Assembly: GCA_001001045.1 (NCBI GenBank)
Contig: LCIL01000002.1
Span: 9,127-73,126 of the forward strand
Length of the DNA stretch: 64,000 bases
Reading direction: 5' to 3'
Source: Candidatus Woesebacteria bacterium GW2011_GWA1_44_23
Lineage (GTDB): Bacteria > Patescibacteriota > Microgenomatia > UBA8517
Shown here: positions 1 through 9,925 of the stretch, piece by piece
Layout of the letters: every line of letters begins with the position of its first letter
How positions within the stretch are numbered: position 1 is the stretch's first letter
Translations under genes and position numbers: made by a program
Notes under the pieces: generated by a model
Told to the model about the DNA's origin: nothing
The model's input: the letters and a program-made list of their open reading frames with translations, nothing else
Databases searched by the model: none

Positions 1-17
1 TGGCGTTTTCCGGCATA

Positions 18-1712
18 TTATTGCAGAGTTTCAACTTTTGTTACCCTTATTATTTCTTCGATTGTTGTCATCCCCGAGGCAATTTTCTCAAGTCCGTCAT
101 CAAGCATTGTTTTCATCCCCTCTTTTATCGCTGCCTGAGCGATCACATCAGAGTCAACCCGCTCCGAAATTAGTTTCCTGATTCCCTTTGTTATCTCCAA
201 CACTTCAAAAAGCCCGACACGGCCAAGGTACCCGGTTTGTCTACAAATTTTACACCCTTTTCCTTTATGAATGGCAACTTCGTCCTTGCTGCCAAAGTAC
301 TTTTGAACGAGCAATTCCGGAAAATGCTTACTAAGTTCGGTAACCGGTATTCTTTCTTCGACTTTACAGGCTGAACAAATCTGTCTGACAAGCCGTTGGG
401 CAATTATTATATTTACCGTTGAGGCCACTAAAAATGGCTCGACCTTCATATCGGTCAAACGCGGGATTGCCGTTGCCGCATCATTTGTGTGAAGAGTTGA
501 CAATACCAGATGCCCGGTAAGGGCAGCGTTAACCGCGATACCTGCGGTTTCACTGTCTCTGATTTCTCCAACAAATATGACGTTCGGATCTTGTCTCAAA
601 ATCGAGCGCAGCCCGTTGGCGAATGTCAAATTAGTCTTGGCATTCACCTGAACCTGATTTGCTCCCTGAATTCTATACTCTACCGGGTCCTCAATAGTCA
701 TGATATTTTTCTCTCGGGTGTTTAAAATTTTCAGGATTGCATAAATTGAGGTAGTTTTACCGCTTCCGGTTGGGCCAGTAGAAAGGATCATTCCGTAAGT
801 TTTATTAAATGCTTTGGTTACTTTTTGCAAATCAGCCGGGTTCATGCCCAGGTCACTTAATGTGTATTCCCTGGCGTGTCCCGAAAGTAGCCGCAAAACC
901 GCTTTTTCGCCTTCGGTAATCGGAATTATCGAAACACGGATGTCCAAATTTTCCTCTTCCAATTTTTCCGTCATTTTCCCGTCCTGCGCGCTTAAGTGCT
1001 CATCAGTCCTGAGATTTGATAAAACTTTAATTCTACTGATTATCCGCTCGTGAATCTCGCGAGGAACCCGAAGCACATCCTGTAAAACTCCGTCAATGCG
1101 AAACCGGATCAGGGAAGTTTTTTCTTCCGGTTCTATATGGATATCGCTGGCTCTATCCTGATAGGCGGCATTGATCAGGACGTCAACCACTTTGATTATC
1201 GGCAAATCCCCTTGATAAAGTGTTGCCTGTTTAACGTATTCTTTCAAAAGTTCATCAATTGTTTTTTGGAGTGCTTTTTTATAAAGCTGGATAGTCCCTT
1301 CAACATCGCTGGCACTGGCGTAGTAAGGGGTTACCTTCATCCCGGTTTTTTTGGAAACCAGAGCCAGAATAGTCTGGTTTGAAGGATCGTTTAGGGCTAC
1401 CTTTACTCCGCTTCCGTCTTTTGCAAAAACAATAGCCTTTTGTTTTCTGGCTACTTTCTCGGGAATTATATGAGCAACGCTCTCAGGGATAGAAACTTTG
1501 GAAAGAGATATGACTGGGACTTTGTAATAATCAGCAATAACGGTCGAAATTTGATCTTCGGTAATTACACCGCTTTCAACAAGGGATGCCAAAAGACTTG
1601 GAGATTTGGTACTTGCCGCATAATTCTCAGCTTTGGCAATCGTACTTTCATCAAGTAAAAGCAATCCACTTTTTTTGACCAAACCAATTATCTGACTTTC
1701 AGTCAGGGGCAT
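18..1712 (-). CDS. pilB: Type II/IV secretion ATPase (PilB/GspE family), type IV pilus assembly ATPase
   Basis: N-terminal T2SSE_N domain; Walker A GPTGSGKTT; C-terminal tetracysteine CSAC...CKIC; 564 aa. Confidence 0.9.
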   Translation of the reverse strand: MPLTESQIIGLVKKSGLLLLDESTIAKAENYAASTKSPSLLASLVESGVITEDQISTVIADYYKVPVISLSKVSIPESVAHIIPEKVARKQKAIVFAKDGSGVKVALNDPSNQTILALVSKKTGMKVTPYYASASDVEGTIQLYKKALQKTIDELLKEYVKQATLYQGDLPIIKVVDVLINAAYQDRASDIHIEPEEKTSLIRFRIDGVLQDVLRVPREIHERIISRIKVLSNLRTDEHLSAQDGKMTEKLEEENLDIRVSIIPITEGEKAVLRLLSGHAREYTLSDLGMNPADLQKVTKAFNKTYGMILSTGPTGSGKTTSIYAILKILNTREKNIMTIEDPVEYRIQGANQVQVNAKTNLTFANGLRSILRQDPNVIFVGEIRDSETAGIAVNAALTGHLVLSTLHTNDAATAIPRLTDMKVEPFLVASTVNIIIAQRLVRQICSACKVEERIPVTELSKHFPELLVQKYFGSKDEVAIHKGKGCKICRQTGYLGRVGLFEVLEITKGIRKLISERVDSDVIAQAAIKEGMKTMLDDGLEKIASGMTTIEEIIRVTKVETLQ

Positions 1713-1784
1713 ATTTCATTGTAACATCAAAAAGAAGATCGGTTCATCCACCACTTCGTCTCATTCGTCTATTTCCAAGGGTCC

Positions 1785-2507
1785 TCAAGGTCCAATGTAC
1801 CACTCAAATCCTGAAATATTTTTTCTGCCCGAGAGAAAATCCGCCAACTCCGGATGTCCATTCAGTCTGGAATTTTGCCTCCCGTCATTAATATTGATAT
1901 AGACCGGTGTCGAGGCGGATCCCAAATAATATACGGAGGGGCCAATTTTAGGCAGATTGAAGCCCGAATATGGTCCGTTTAATATCGCAGCAACTCTGTC
2001 GTCAATTATTGCTACAGACGTATATTGCCTCATTGTGTCAACTATCCCCATGTAGGCTTTGATTAATCCGATTGCTATTCTGTTGTCTTTTCTATGACTC
2101 ATCGAATTTGCAAACTGAGACAATTCGTATGAGGCGCCCAATACGTGCTGCTTCCATGCTCCGTCAATCAATATTTTCGGTTCATTATTAATAGGTAGTC
2201 CTATACAATTCGGGATATTAGGAATTAAACGGAGGGATCCAACAACATCACATCCAATTTTTGCCACCAACGGAATGGAATACTGTTCATATTCATCAAC
2301 ATAAAGACCCTGCTCATTCAAATCTGTGGGCAAAATGTAGCTTATTTTGGGATCAAGGTATCTTTCAGTAACAACCTTTAGTCTTCCTTCCTTGTCTTGT
2401 TCCGTCTTGGCAATCCCCATTGAAATAAAGTTAGGATCCAAACACTCCTTCACACCAAATAGATTCACTAATCTGTCTGGTTCAGCTTCTTTTTCAATTA
2501 GATACAT
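1785..2507 (-). CDS. Hypothetical protein, operonic partner of the upstream E1-like protein
   Basis: 240-aa ORF 3 bp downstream of the E1-like gene on the same strand. No motif recognised (no HPN/E2, JAMM or YcaO signature). Confidence 0.5.
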   Translation of the reverse strand: MYLIEKEAEPDRLVNLFGVKECLDPNFISMGIAKTEQDKEGRLKVVTERYLDPKISYILPTDLNEQGLYVDEYEQYSIPLVAKIGCDVVGSLRLIPNIPNCIGLPINNEPKILIDGAWKQHVLGASYELSQFANSMSHRKDNRIAIGLIKAYMGIVDTMRQYTSVAIIDDRVAAILNGPYSGFNLPKIGPSVYYLGSASTPVYININDGRQNSRLNGHPELADFLSGRKNISGFEWYIGP

Positions 2508-2510
2508 ATT

Positions 2511-3422
2511 TTATGCGCTAACCATTTCTGTTAAGTATATTCTAATGGGTTTTGGGGATGTTTTCACAGGATTTCCCAAAATTATTTCTTTGACAGCCAA
2601 GGCCTGGGCTGTACCCAAAAGTTGACTTGCAATATCCGACTGGGCAATGTGTTCAATTTGTCCATTTAAAATGTTCTGAATCATATTTATGGTTCTGATG
2701 TCATGGGGCAGCGCCTTAAAAACATCATTGATATTGGCTTCTGAAGCAAAAAAGCTATCTCCGTAAAAGCTTAAGGCATCATCCTTGGTAGCAAATGTGC
2801 ATTCTTGTTTCCCTATTATAAACTGAGCCGCAATAGCAAGAGGATTAAAATTATCAAAATCTTCCGATGTGATATCTGGCGGTAACCCAAGAAATTGTGT
2901 ATAGGATGTTATGTCTTTTTCGTGGTAATTGAAAACGTACATTATAATATTGTCACCGAGATCGAGACCTGTGACTAAAGGTTTGCGGTGTTTCTCGCAC
3001 GCCTGGTGAAGCGCGAAAGTAATTTGGGGCTGCGAGATATCAACCATTTCGATAACCACATCTGAGTCGATAACAAGCCGGTCGACATTCCCAAGAGTTA
3101 TCCCCTCTTCGACCTTGCTGAGGTTCACCTCCGGATTTATATTTTTTACAATAGACCCCAAGGCGTAAATCTTTGCCGTTCCTTCCTGAGCATCAGCGAA
3201 GAGGTACGGAGGGCGTCCGATATTACGCCACTCTACCTTGTCCGGATCTGCCAAAGTGATTTTGCCGAAATTCTTTGTCCCTACTCCAATACGGGCAAGG
3301 TGAAGAGCAACGGGGCCACCCGCACCGCATCCGGCAATCAAAATTCGGGATTGCTGCAATTTGGTGAGCTCCACATCCTCAATCAATCCCTCAAAGTTTT
3401 TGTATCTTTCTATCTCAGTCAT
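2511..3422 (-). CDS. ThiF/MoeB/HesA (E1-like) family adenylyltransferase-fold protein with ~150-aa C-terminal extension
   Basis: Rossmann motif ILIAGCGAGGPVALHLARIGVG followed by LADPDKVEWRNIGR, as in E1-like enzymes. Confidence 0.75.
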   Translation of the reverse strand: MTEIERYKNFEGLIEDVELTKLQQSRILIAGCGAGGPVALHLARIGVGTKNFGKITLADPDKVEWRNIGRPPYLFADAQEGTAKIYALGSIVKNINPEVNLSKVEEGITLGNVDRLVIDSDVVIEMVDISQPQITFALHQACEKHRKPLVTGLDLGDNIIMYVFNYHEKDITSYTQFLGLPPDITSEDFDNFNPLAIAAQFIIGKQECTFATKDDALSFYGDSFFASEANINDVFKALPHDIRTINMIQNILNGQIEHIAQSDIASQLLGTAQALAVKEIILGNPVKTSPKPIRIYLTEMVSA

Positions 3423-3463
3423 TTTCTTTCTCGGCTGGTGCCATTATAATTGAATGGTAAGAA

Positions 3464-4441
3464 ATGTACTACAAATACCTGCTCATTCTCGTTTTTATAC
3501 TTAATGTTCTACTTGGCATATTTGTACTACTTCGCGACCACAAAAATCAAATCAACGTATCTTTTTCTTTATTTGTACTAAGTGTCGCAGGTTGGCTATC
3601 TATAAATTTTTTGTCTAATCAATTTACGGACTATCCACGAGCATTCATATTCAACAAGTTGATTTTTTTGGAATCTCCCTATATTAGCTTTGCTTTAATT
3701 TATTTCTCCCTCGTATTTCCCTATTCGTCCTTTGACATAAAGATCAAGCACCTAATTCTGCTAATTATCCCCGTATTTATTTCCAATATATTCACCATGC
3801 TCAATCTGACAATAACTGGGGTTAATGTTGTGCCCGGGGGGGTTACGGAAGTTACATTCGGTCCCGCAGTTGCGATTTGGGGATTTCAATTTGTTGCGTA
3901 TATACTGGTTTCTCTATTCCTCCTCGGGAAAAAATATACTATAACAAAAGGCCATCAGCACACTCAAATGCAGTATGTTTTTTTGGGAATTGCCCTTTTG
4001 GCCATTTTAGGAACTGTTACCAACTTTGCCATTCCCCTTCTTTACAATAATTTCGACGCCAGCAACTATGGACCCTTCTTGAGCTTATTTGTTCTCGGAT
4101 TTACAGCTTATGCCATTTTGAAACATAATCTGTTACATATTAAGGTCATAGCAACAGAAGCGGTGGTTGTATTGCTTCTGATAATCCTATTCACAAAACT
4201 TTTTATCTACCAATCTACAGGAGAGCTGATCCTGGATACTATAATTATGGGTCTGGTGTCCATCTTTGGAGCGCTCCTTATAAAAAGTGTTTTGGAGGAG
4301 ATTAAACAAAAGGAAAATCTGGCTTCGTTGAATATTAAACTCCAGGAAATGGATGATCAAAAAGACGAGTTTATTTCAATGGCTTCCCATGAATTAAGGA
4401 AAATATTGACGTTGCTGTTTCCTCTAATGAGCATGCCATAA
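3464..4441 (+). CDS. Sensor histidine kinase, N-terminal fragment (multi-TM sensor plus HisKA H-box); interrupted by frameshift
   Basis: About 7 hydrophobic segments, then an H-box ASHELR. The ORF stops 6 codons after a noncanonical continuation; the downstream frame carries the rest of the HisKA helix. Confidence 0.7.
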   Translation: MYYKYLLILVFILNVLLGIFVLLRDHKNQINVSFSLFVLSVAGWLSINFLSNQFTDYPRAFIFNKLIFLESPYISFALIYFSLVFPYSSFDIKIKHLILLIIPVFISNIFTMLNLTITGVNVVPGGVTEVTFGPAVAIWGFQFVAYILVSLFLLGKKYTITKGHQHTQMQYVFLGIALLAILGTVTNFAIPLLYNNFDASNYGPFLSLFVLGFTAYAILKHNLLHIKVIATEAVVVLLLIILFTKLFIYQSTGELILDTIIMGLVSIFGALLIKSVLEEIKQKENLASLNIKLQEMDDQKDEFISMASHELRKILTLLFPLMSMP

Positions 4442-4455
4442 ACCTTGTTAATGAC

Positions 4456-4980
4456 ATGCTTGATGTCTCAAGAATTGAAATGGGGCGAATAAAAGTGGAT
4501 TTAGAAAAAATCGATCTTGTCCAAATAGCCAGAGAAATCTATGAGGATTATCTCCTGCAAGCCAAGGACGAAAATATAAACCTGGTCAGTCATGGTATTG
4601 AAAAGAACAAAAAGGTTATCGTAAATGCCGATAAGGAAAGACTTGTTCAGGTATTTTCCAATCTAATCGGAAACGCACTTAAATTCACACCCAAGGGAGG
4701 GCAAATAACTATAACTCTTAAAACCGACGAAAAAGATGCCGAAGTCACAGTTCAGGACACAGGAATCGGCATAAAAGAAAATGATATACCTAAACTTTTT
4801 GCAAAGTTCGTACGACTCAACGATTCACATATTTCTGTTCCCAGCACGATGGGTACAGGTCTGGGTCTTTATATTAGTAAAAAACTGTTAGCGCTTTTTG
4901 GAGGAAAAATTTGGGTAGAAAGTAAATATGGGAAAGGTTCTAAATTCATCTTTACCTTACCCGCAATTGAGGCGTCATAG
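4456..4980 (+). CDS. Sensor histidine kinase, C-terminal fragment (HATPase_c); same gene as 3464..4441 in another frame
   Basis: LVNDMLDVSRIE (end of HisKA), N-box NLIGNALKFT, G1 DTGIGI, G2 GTGLGL. Confidence 0.7.
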   Translation: MLDVSRIEMGRIKVDLEKIDLVQIAREIYEDYLLQAKDENINLVSHGIEKNKKVIVNADKERLVQVFSNLIGNALKFTPKGGQITITLKTDEKDAEVTVQDTGIGIKENDIPKLFAKFVRLNDSHISVPSTMGTGLGLYISKKLLALFGGKIWVESKYGKGSKFIFTLPAIEAS

Positions 4981-4992
4981 TATAATTGAGAA

Positions 4993-5364
4993 ATGGCAAA
5001 GATCTTGATCGTCGAGGACGATAAAGGCACACGCGATATATACTCGTCGGTTCTCGGGCAAGCGGGATATGAAGTTGATGTTGCCGAGAACGGAGAAGCG
5101 GGTTTAGCGAAAGCTAAAGAGGGTGGCTATGACTTAATTCTTTTGGACGTGATGCTTCCTAAAATGGATGGTATAGCCCTTCTTGGCGAGCTCAAAAAGA
5201 CTCCTCCCAAAGCAGGAAACAAAAATATATTTCTCTTGACAAACTTGTCTCATGACCCGATTCTCAAAGAGGCTATAAGTCTTGGTGCTAGGGACGTAAT
5301 CCTTAAAACTGACATTAACCCGGGAAAGCTGACCGAAAAAGTTAAGAAAATATTAGCAGCCTGA
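4993..5364 (+). CDS. Response regulator, stand-alone receiver (CheY-like) domain
   Basis: ILIVEDD...DLILLDVMLPKMDG phospho-acceptor Asp context; 123 aa; no output domain. Confidence 0.85.
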   Translation: MAKILIVEDDKGTRDIYSSVLGQAGYEVDVAENGEAGLAKAKEGGYDLILLDVMLPKMDGIALLGELKKTPPKAGNKNIFLLTNLSHDPILKEAISLGARDVILKTDINPGKLTEKVKKILAA

Positions 5365-5375
5365 AAATCAATCTT

Positions 5376-6200
5376 CTATTTGAGAGCGGCGTCAACTGTG
5401 GGTTTTATATCGGTGTAGCTATATGCGCCGGCAAAATTGGTTGAATTAACGAAGAAATCCGGGGTTCCCTGGAAACCCAAGGATCTTGCTATCTCTACAT
5501 CAGATGTTAACCTTTTATCATATTTTCCGCTATCAAGACACTCTTTTAAGAAAACCGGATCAACTGCACTCTTAAGGAAGGTAGCCATATCCCCCGACTT
5601 CGTCTTGTCGTTCTTGATTGTGTTGTTCATAAAATCGTATCCGCTGGCGGTCATCAATAGGTCCATGACTGCCCAGAATTTTCCTTTTTCATTAGCACAA
5701 TAAAGAGACTTTGTTCCCATCTCCCCGTTTCCGTGACCCGGGGAATAAATCCAGATAAAAGAAGCCTTCCCTGCGTCAACCAACTTCCGCATCTCGGCGA
5801 CAGGAGGAACGTATGTACCGCCATCCTTGACCAATTTAAATTGTGCCCCGGCCTGGGAATTCAATGTGGGATTCAAACCCTCAGCGATTTGGCAATAAGG
5901 GCAAGACGGATCGGAAATTTCAACAAAGATAACCTTGCTCGAACTGTCTCCAAACTTAACAAGATCCTTATCAAACAAGCCCTTAATAGTATCCAGAGAT
6001 ACGTTGGGCGCGGACGGTGCAGCTGCCGGTTGGGCAGCCGTGTCCGGTGCTGCTCCGTTTTCTTCAAGGTTTTTTACTCTCTGCCAAAGACTGCCTGAGA
6101 AAAAAGAAAGCCCGATTGCAAGGAGTATGAGCACAGGAATACCAAACTGCTGGAGATTTTTGAAGGATTTTAGCTTTAAACGCATGTGTCTATTCTGCAC
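5376..6200 (-). CDS. DsbA-like thiol-disulfide oxidoreductase (thioredoxin fold), membrane-anchored
   Basis: N-terminal TM/signal anchor; CPYC active-site motif (SDPSCPYCQ). Confidence 0.7.
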   Translation of the reverse strand: MQNRHMRLKLKSFKNLQQFGIPVLILLAIGLSFFSGSLWQRVKNLEENGAAPDTAAQPAAAPSAPNVSLDTIKGLFDKDLVKFGDSSSKVIFVEISDPSCPYCQIAEGLNPTLNSQAGAQFKLVKDGGTYVPPVAEMRKLVDAGKASFIWIYSPGHGNGEMGTKSLYCANEKGKFWAVMDLLMTASGYDFMNNTIKNDKTKSGDMATFLKSAVDPVFLKECLDSGKYDKRLTSDVEIARSLGFQGTPDFFVNSTNFAGAYSYTDIKPTVDAALK

Positions 6201-6216
6201 AGAAAAAGTTTATTTG

Positions 6217-7179
6217 TCAACCCTCCTCTTCCAGATATTTCAAAGCCTCCATGGCAGCAATACACCCCATCCCGGCAGAAACCACGGCTTGTTTATATCT
6301 TTTGTCTACAACGTCTCCTGCGGCAAACACACCCTTAACGGATGTGCCGCAATGGTCTGTCTTATATTCTATATACCCTTTTTCATCTCTTTCCAACTTT
6401 CCGGCAAAAATATCGCTATCGGGTTTATGCCCTATTGCCACAAAAAGACCATCAACGATTAGTTCTGATGTTTGCCCTGTTTTATTGTTTTTCAAAATCA
6501 GTTTCTCTAATTTTCCGCTACCCACCGCCTCTTCTACTTCGGTATTCCACAAAATCTTTATTTTTGGATCAGATTTAACCTTTTCCTGCATCGCAGCGGA
6601 GGCCCTGAATTCCTCGCGTCTGTGGATTATCGTCACTTCCGATGCGTATTTTGTTAACACTGAGGCTTCCTCCATGGCAGAGTCTCCCCCTCCCACAACC
6701 GCAACCGTCTTGTCCTTAAAAAACGGTGCGTCGCAGGGGGCGCATGAAGAAACCCCCTTCCCGATCAGTTCTCTGACCCCCGGAGCCGTGAGCCACGCGG
6801 TCAATGCTCCTGTTGTAATAATAATTGACCGGCTTTGATAGGTCTTTCCTCCCGCCGTAATTTCAAACGGTTTTTTTGTTAAATCTACCGATTCAACACT
6901 AACTTCTTGGAACTGTGCTCCAAACCTTTGCGCCTGAATCCGCATATCCTCCATTAATTTTGGTCCCAGTACACCTTCGGGAAAGCCGGGAAAATTATCA
7001 ACTGTCGTTGTTAGCATCAACTGCCCTCCCCAAACTTCGCCGCCAAGAATTAAGGTAGAGGCTGCGCCTCGGGTGGTATAAATGGCAGCTGTAAACCCGG
7101 CAGGACCAGAACCAATGATAATAGTGTCCCAAGGGCCTTCGGGACTGGTCGGTTTTGGAGCGAAAATCTGAGTGTCCAT
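6217..7179 (-). CDS. trxB: Thioredoxin-disulfide reductase
   Basis: FAD motif IIIGSGPAGFTAAIY, redox CAPC motif, second dinucleotide motif AVVGGGDSA; 320 aa. Confidence 0.85.
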   Translation of the reverse strand: MDTQIFAPKPTSPEGPWDTIIIGSGPAGFTAAIYTTRGAASTLILGGEVWGGQLMLTTTVDNFPGFPEGVLGPKLMEDMRIQAQRFGAQFQEVSVESVDLTKKPFEITAGGKTYQSRSIIITTGALTAWLTAPGVRELIGKGVSSCAPCDAPFFKDKTVAVVGGGDSAMEEASVLTKYASEVTIIHRREEFRASAAMQEKVKSDPKIKILWNTEVEEAVGSGKLEKLILKNNKTGQTSELIVDGLFVAIGHKPDSDIFAGKLERDEKGYIEYKTDHCGTSVKGVFAAGDVVDKRYKQAVVSAGMGCIAAMEALKYLEEEG

Positions 7180-7209
7180 GATTGTATTTTTAACAAAGAC
7201 GAAAGAATT

Positions 7210-7236
7210 CTGACAAAGTCAGAACTCTTTCACCTC
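7210..7236 (-). terminator. Candidate intrinsic terminator after the trxA/Pro-rich ORF pair
   Basis: Minus-strand hairpin TTCTGAC-TTT-GTCAGAA followed by a T-rich tract. Confidence 0.4.
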
Positions 7237-7251
7237 ACTTTCTTTAACTAA

Positions 7252-7512
7252 CTAAACTGCAGCAGGTGGAGTGCCGGTAGGCGGCATTCCGGTTCCTGCA
7301 TCTCCTGTTCCCTCAGCCGGCACAACGGGCGGGGCTACTGGCTGCTCTTCAGGAGCCTGCTGAGGCTCGGGGATAGGAGTCATTGTCGGTTCTTCTGGTA
7401 CCTCTACCGGTTCTACCGGAGGGGTGGTAACTGGTGCCGGAGGTGTCGGTACACCCACATTGGAATCGGCTACCGGGACAGTTGGGTTGACTGGGTTTTG
7501 TGTTGGATCCAT
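7252..7512 (-). CDS. Low-complexity Pro/Thr/Val/Glu-rich small protein, translationally coupled to trxA
   Basis: TAATG stop/start overlap with trxA; 86 aa; locally GC-rich; may be spurious or a linker-like secreted peptide. Confidence 0.3.
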   Translation of the reverse strand: MDPTQNPVNPTVPVADSNVGVPTPPAPVTTPPVEPVEVPEEPTMTPIPEPQQAPEEQPVAPPVVPAEGTGDAGTGMPPTGTPPAAV

Positions 7513-7838
7513 TAACTAGTCACCCCCTTTTTCATTAATTGCTCAAAAGCTTCTTTTCCTGAAAAACCAACCTGACGCCCTATCTCCTTGCCACCCTTAA
7601 AAAGAATGGTTGTGGGAATAGACATAACGCCGTACTTCTGGGGCGAAGCAGGGTTTTCATCAATATTTAATTTTACAACAAGCACTTTATCTTTGTAAGT
7701 CTCGGAGAGCTCCTCCAAAACCGGTGCCGCCATCCTGCATGGCCCGCACCATGCGGCCCAAAAATCCACAAGGACCGGCAGCTTATTGCCAAGAACCTGT
7801 GTATCAAAATCTTTATCCGTAATATTTCCCGCTGACAT
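7512..7838 (-). CDS. trxA: Thioredoxin
   Basis: WCGPC active site; 108 aa. Confidence 0.9.
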   Translation of the reverse strand: MSAGNITDKDFDTQVLGNKLPVLVDFWAAWCGPCRMAAPVLEELSETYKDKVLVVKLNIDENPASPQKYGVMSIPTTILFKGGKEIGRQVGFSGKEAFEQLMKKGVTS

Positions 7839-7930
7839 AAATTGTCTTCGACGTAATTTACCTACGCCATAGCGCTCTCACTATACCTAAGCACTAGCCC
7901 TCACGTCAAGATCTAATAAAGAGCAGAATA

Positions 7931-9925
7931 TTATATTTTGATCGTCCTTAGTCTTAGTGAATTACCCACAACCGAAATTGAGGAGGCAGCCATAGCCCCT
8001 GCCGCCAGCATGGGATTAAGAAAACCTAAAACAGCAACGGGAATGAGGACAATGTTGTATCCAAATGCCCAGAAAAGATTCTGTCGTATTACATTCATCG
8101 TTTTTTCAGACAGGTTGATGGCTGAGGAAACACTACCTATATTTTTATTAAGAAGGGTAATTCCAGCAGACTCTATCGCGACATCCGTTCCGCTTCCCAT
8201 TGCAATGCCGACATCGGCAGAGGCCAAGGCGGGCGCATCATTGATTCCGTCTCCCACAAACGCGACAGAATCGAATTCTTTTACTTTCTCGGCTTTTTCA
8301 CCCGGCATCACTTCGCTCAAGACATTTTTAATGTGAGCTTCTTTTGCGATTTTTTCCGCACTCAATCGATTGTCTCCTGTGACCATCCAAACGCTTATTT
8401 TCTTTCTATTTAAACCATCTACGACTTCGGCGGCATTCGGTTTTAAACTGTCCTCGATTTGAAACTCTGCCAAAAGTTTCTTACCCTCAAAAAGCGATAC
8501 CCCCGGCCTGCCCAGATAATATTTCATACCGTCTACCATTCCTTCAATGCCTTTGCCCTCAATCGCTCTAAACCCTTTGACTCGGCCGAGGGTTATGTTT
8601 TTCTCTTTCGCGGCACGGAGAATAGCCTCCCCGATCGGGTGTTCAGAATAGGACTCCAAGGATGCTGCGATCCGTAAATATTTCTTACTAACTGGATTGG
8701 TCAGGACAGGTTTTCCCAAAGTCAGTGTTCCCGTCTTGTCAAAGATAATCGTTTTGATTTTATTCAAAAGCTCAAGACTTTGAGCATCTTTAACCAAAAT
8801 TCCACTTTTCGCTCCCCTTCCTACAGCAACCATGATCGCGGTGGGGGTGGCAAGTCCCATCGCACACGGGCAGGCGATAATCAAGACCGCTATGGCATTT
8901 GTTAATCCAAAAACAAAAAAAGTAATGAGCGCAATAACAAGAACCGCCGGAACAAAATATGAAGAAACACTATCCGCAAACCTTTGGACATCGGCTCGGC
9001 TTCCTTGAGCCTCAGTCACCATTTTGACAATCTGTGAAAGCATTGTATCTTTACCGATTTTTGTAACTTCAAAAACCAGGCTCCCGTTTTTGTTAATTGT
9101 GGCCCCGGTAACTATGTCCCCTTTTTCTTTTTTGATCGGCATCGGCTCACCCGTTAGCATTGATTCGTCAACGTAACTGGCGCCTTCAACAACTACCCCG
9201 TCGGTTGCGATGCTTTCTCCAGGCCGCACTTTAACCAAATCCCCTACGGAAAGTTCATTTATCGGTATTTCAACATACTCACCCCCCTGTAAAACGGATG
9301 CCGTTTTGGGAGTTAAACCCAACAGCTTTTTAATAGCGTCGGATGTGTGCGATTTTGCTTTAGCCTCCAAAAACCTCCCTAGAAGAATCAGGGCAATAAT
9401 CACGGACGAGGTGTCAAAATATGAGGGCCCGCCGGCGACAAAAGTATAAATAGAATAAAAATAGGCGGCTGAAGTCCCGATGGCAACAAGGGTGTCCATA
9501 CTGGTTGATCTATTTCTGATTCCACTCCATGTAGCCAAATAAAATTCACCGCCCGCCCAAAACTGGACAATTGTGGCAAAAAGTAATACCAGATATTTGA
9601 ATAGTTCCGGAAGAGCGATAAATCCGCTGGCCATAACAAACCCGGCCAATATCAATGAGGCCGTCACTTTAACTTTCAAATCCGCGAGTTTTTTCTTTTT
9701 TTCTTCTTCAATATTCTTGCCGACTTTATATCCAAGACTTTCAATGGCTTCTTCGATGGCGCCCTCTTTAATTTTTCCGTCGCGTAACTCCAGGTATGCC
9801 GTTTCATTTCCGTAATTCACACTGGACGAAACTACTCCCGAAACCTTCGAAAGTTTTTTCTCTATTAATTTTGCGCAGGAAGCGCAGTGCATTCCGATAA
9901 CGGGAAAGGATTTTTTCTGTATCAT
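7931..9925 (-). CDS. copA: Copper-translocating P1B-type ATPase
   Basis: N-terminal HMA GMHCASC; CPC transmembrane motif CPCAMGLATP; DKTGTLT phosphorylation site; GDGINDAP. Confidence 0.9.
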   Translation of the reverse strand: MIQKKSFPVIGMHCASCAKLIEKKLSKVSGVVSSSVNYGNETAYLELRDGKIKEGAIEEAIESLGYKVGKNIEEEKKKKLADLKVKVTASLILAGFVMASGFIALPELFKYLVLLFATIVQFWAGGEFYLATWSGIRNRSTSMDTLVAIGTSAAYFYSIYTFVAGGPSYFDTSSVIIALILLGRFLEAKAKSHTSDAIKKLLGLTPKTASVLQGGEYVEIPINELSVGDLVKVRPGESIATDGVVVEGASYVDESMLTGEPMPIKKEKGDIVTGATINKNGSLVFEVTKIGKDTMLSQIVKMVTEAQGSRADVQRFADSVSSYFVPAVLVIALITFFVFGLTNAIAVLIIACPCAMGLATPTAIMVAVGRGAKSGILVKDAQSLELLNKIKTIIFDKTGTLTLGKPVLTNPVSKKYLRIAASLESYSEHPIGEAILRAAKEKNITLGRVKGFRAIEGKGIEGMVDGMKYYLGRPGVSLFEGKKLLAEFQIEDSLKPNAAEVVDGLNRKKISVWMVTGDNRLSAEKIAKEAHIKNVLSEVMPGEKAEKVKEFDSVAFVGDGINDAPALASADVGIAMGSGTDVAIESAGITLLNKNIGSVSSAINLSEKTMNVIRQNLFWAFGYNIVLIPVAVLGFLNPMLAAGAMAASSISVVGNSLRLRTIKI

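Noticed and set aside
5935-6838. Long plus-strand ORFs (175 aa and 195 aa) antisense to the DsbA-like and trxB genes
   Set aside because: They fully overlap well-supported minus-strand genes, are low-complexity (Ala/Ser/Pro-rich) and have no motifs. They are shadow ORFs.
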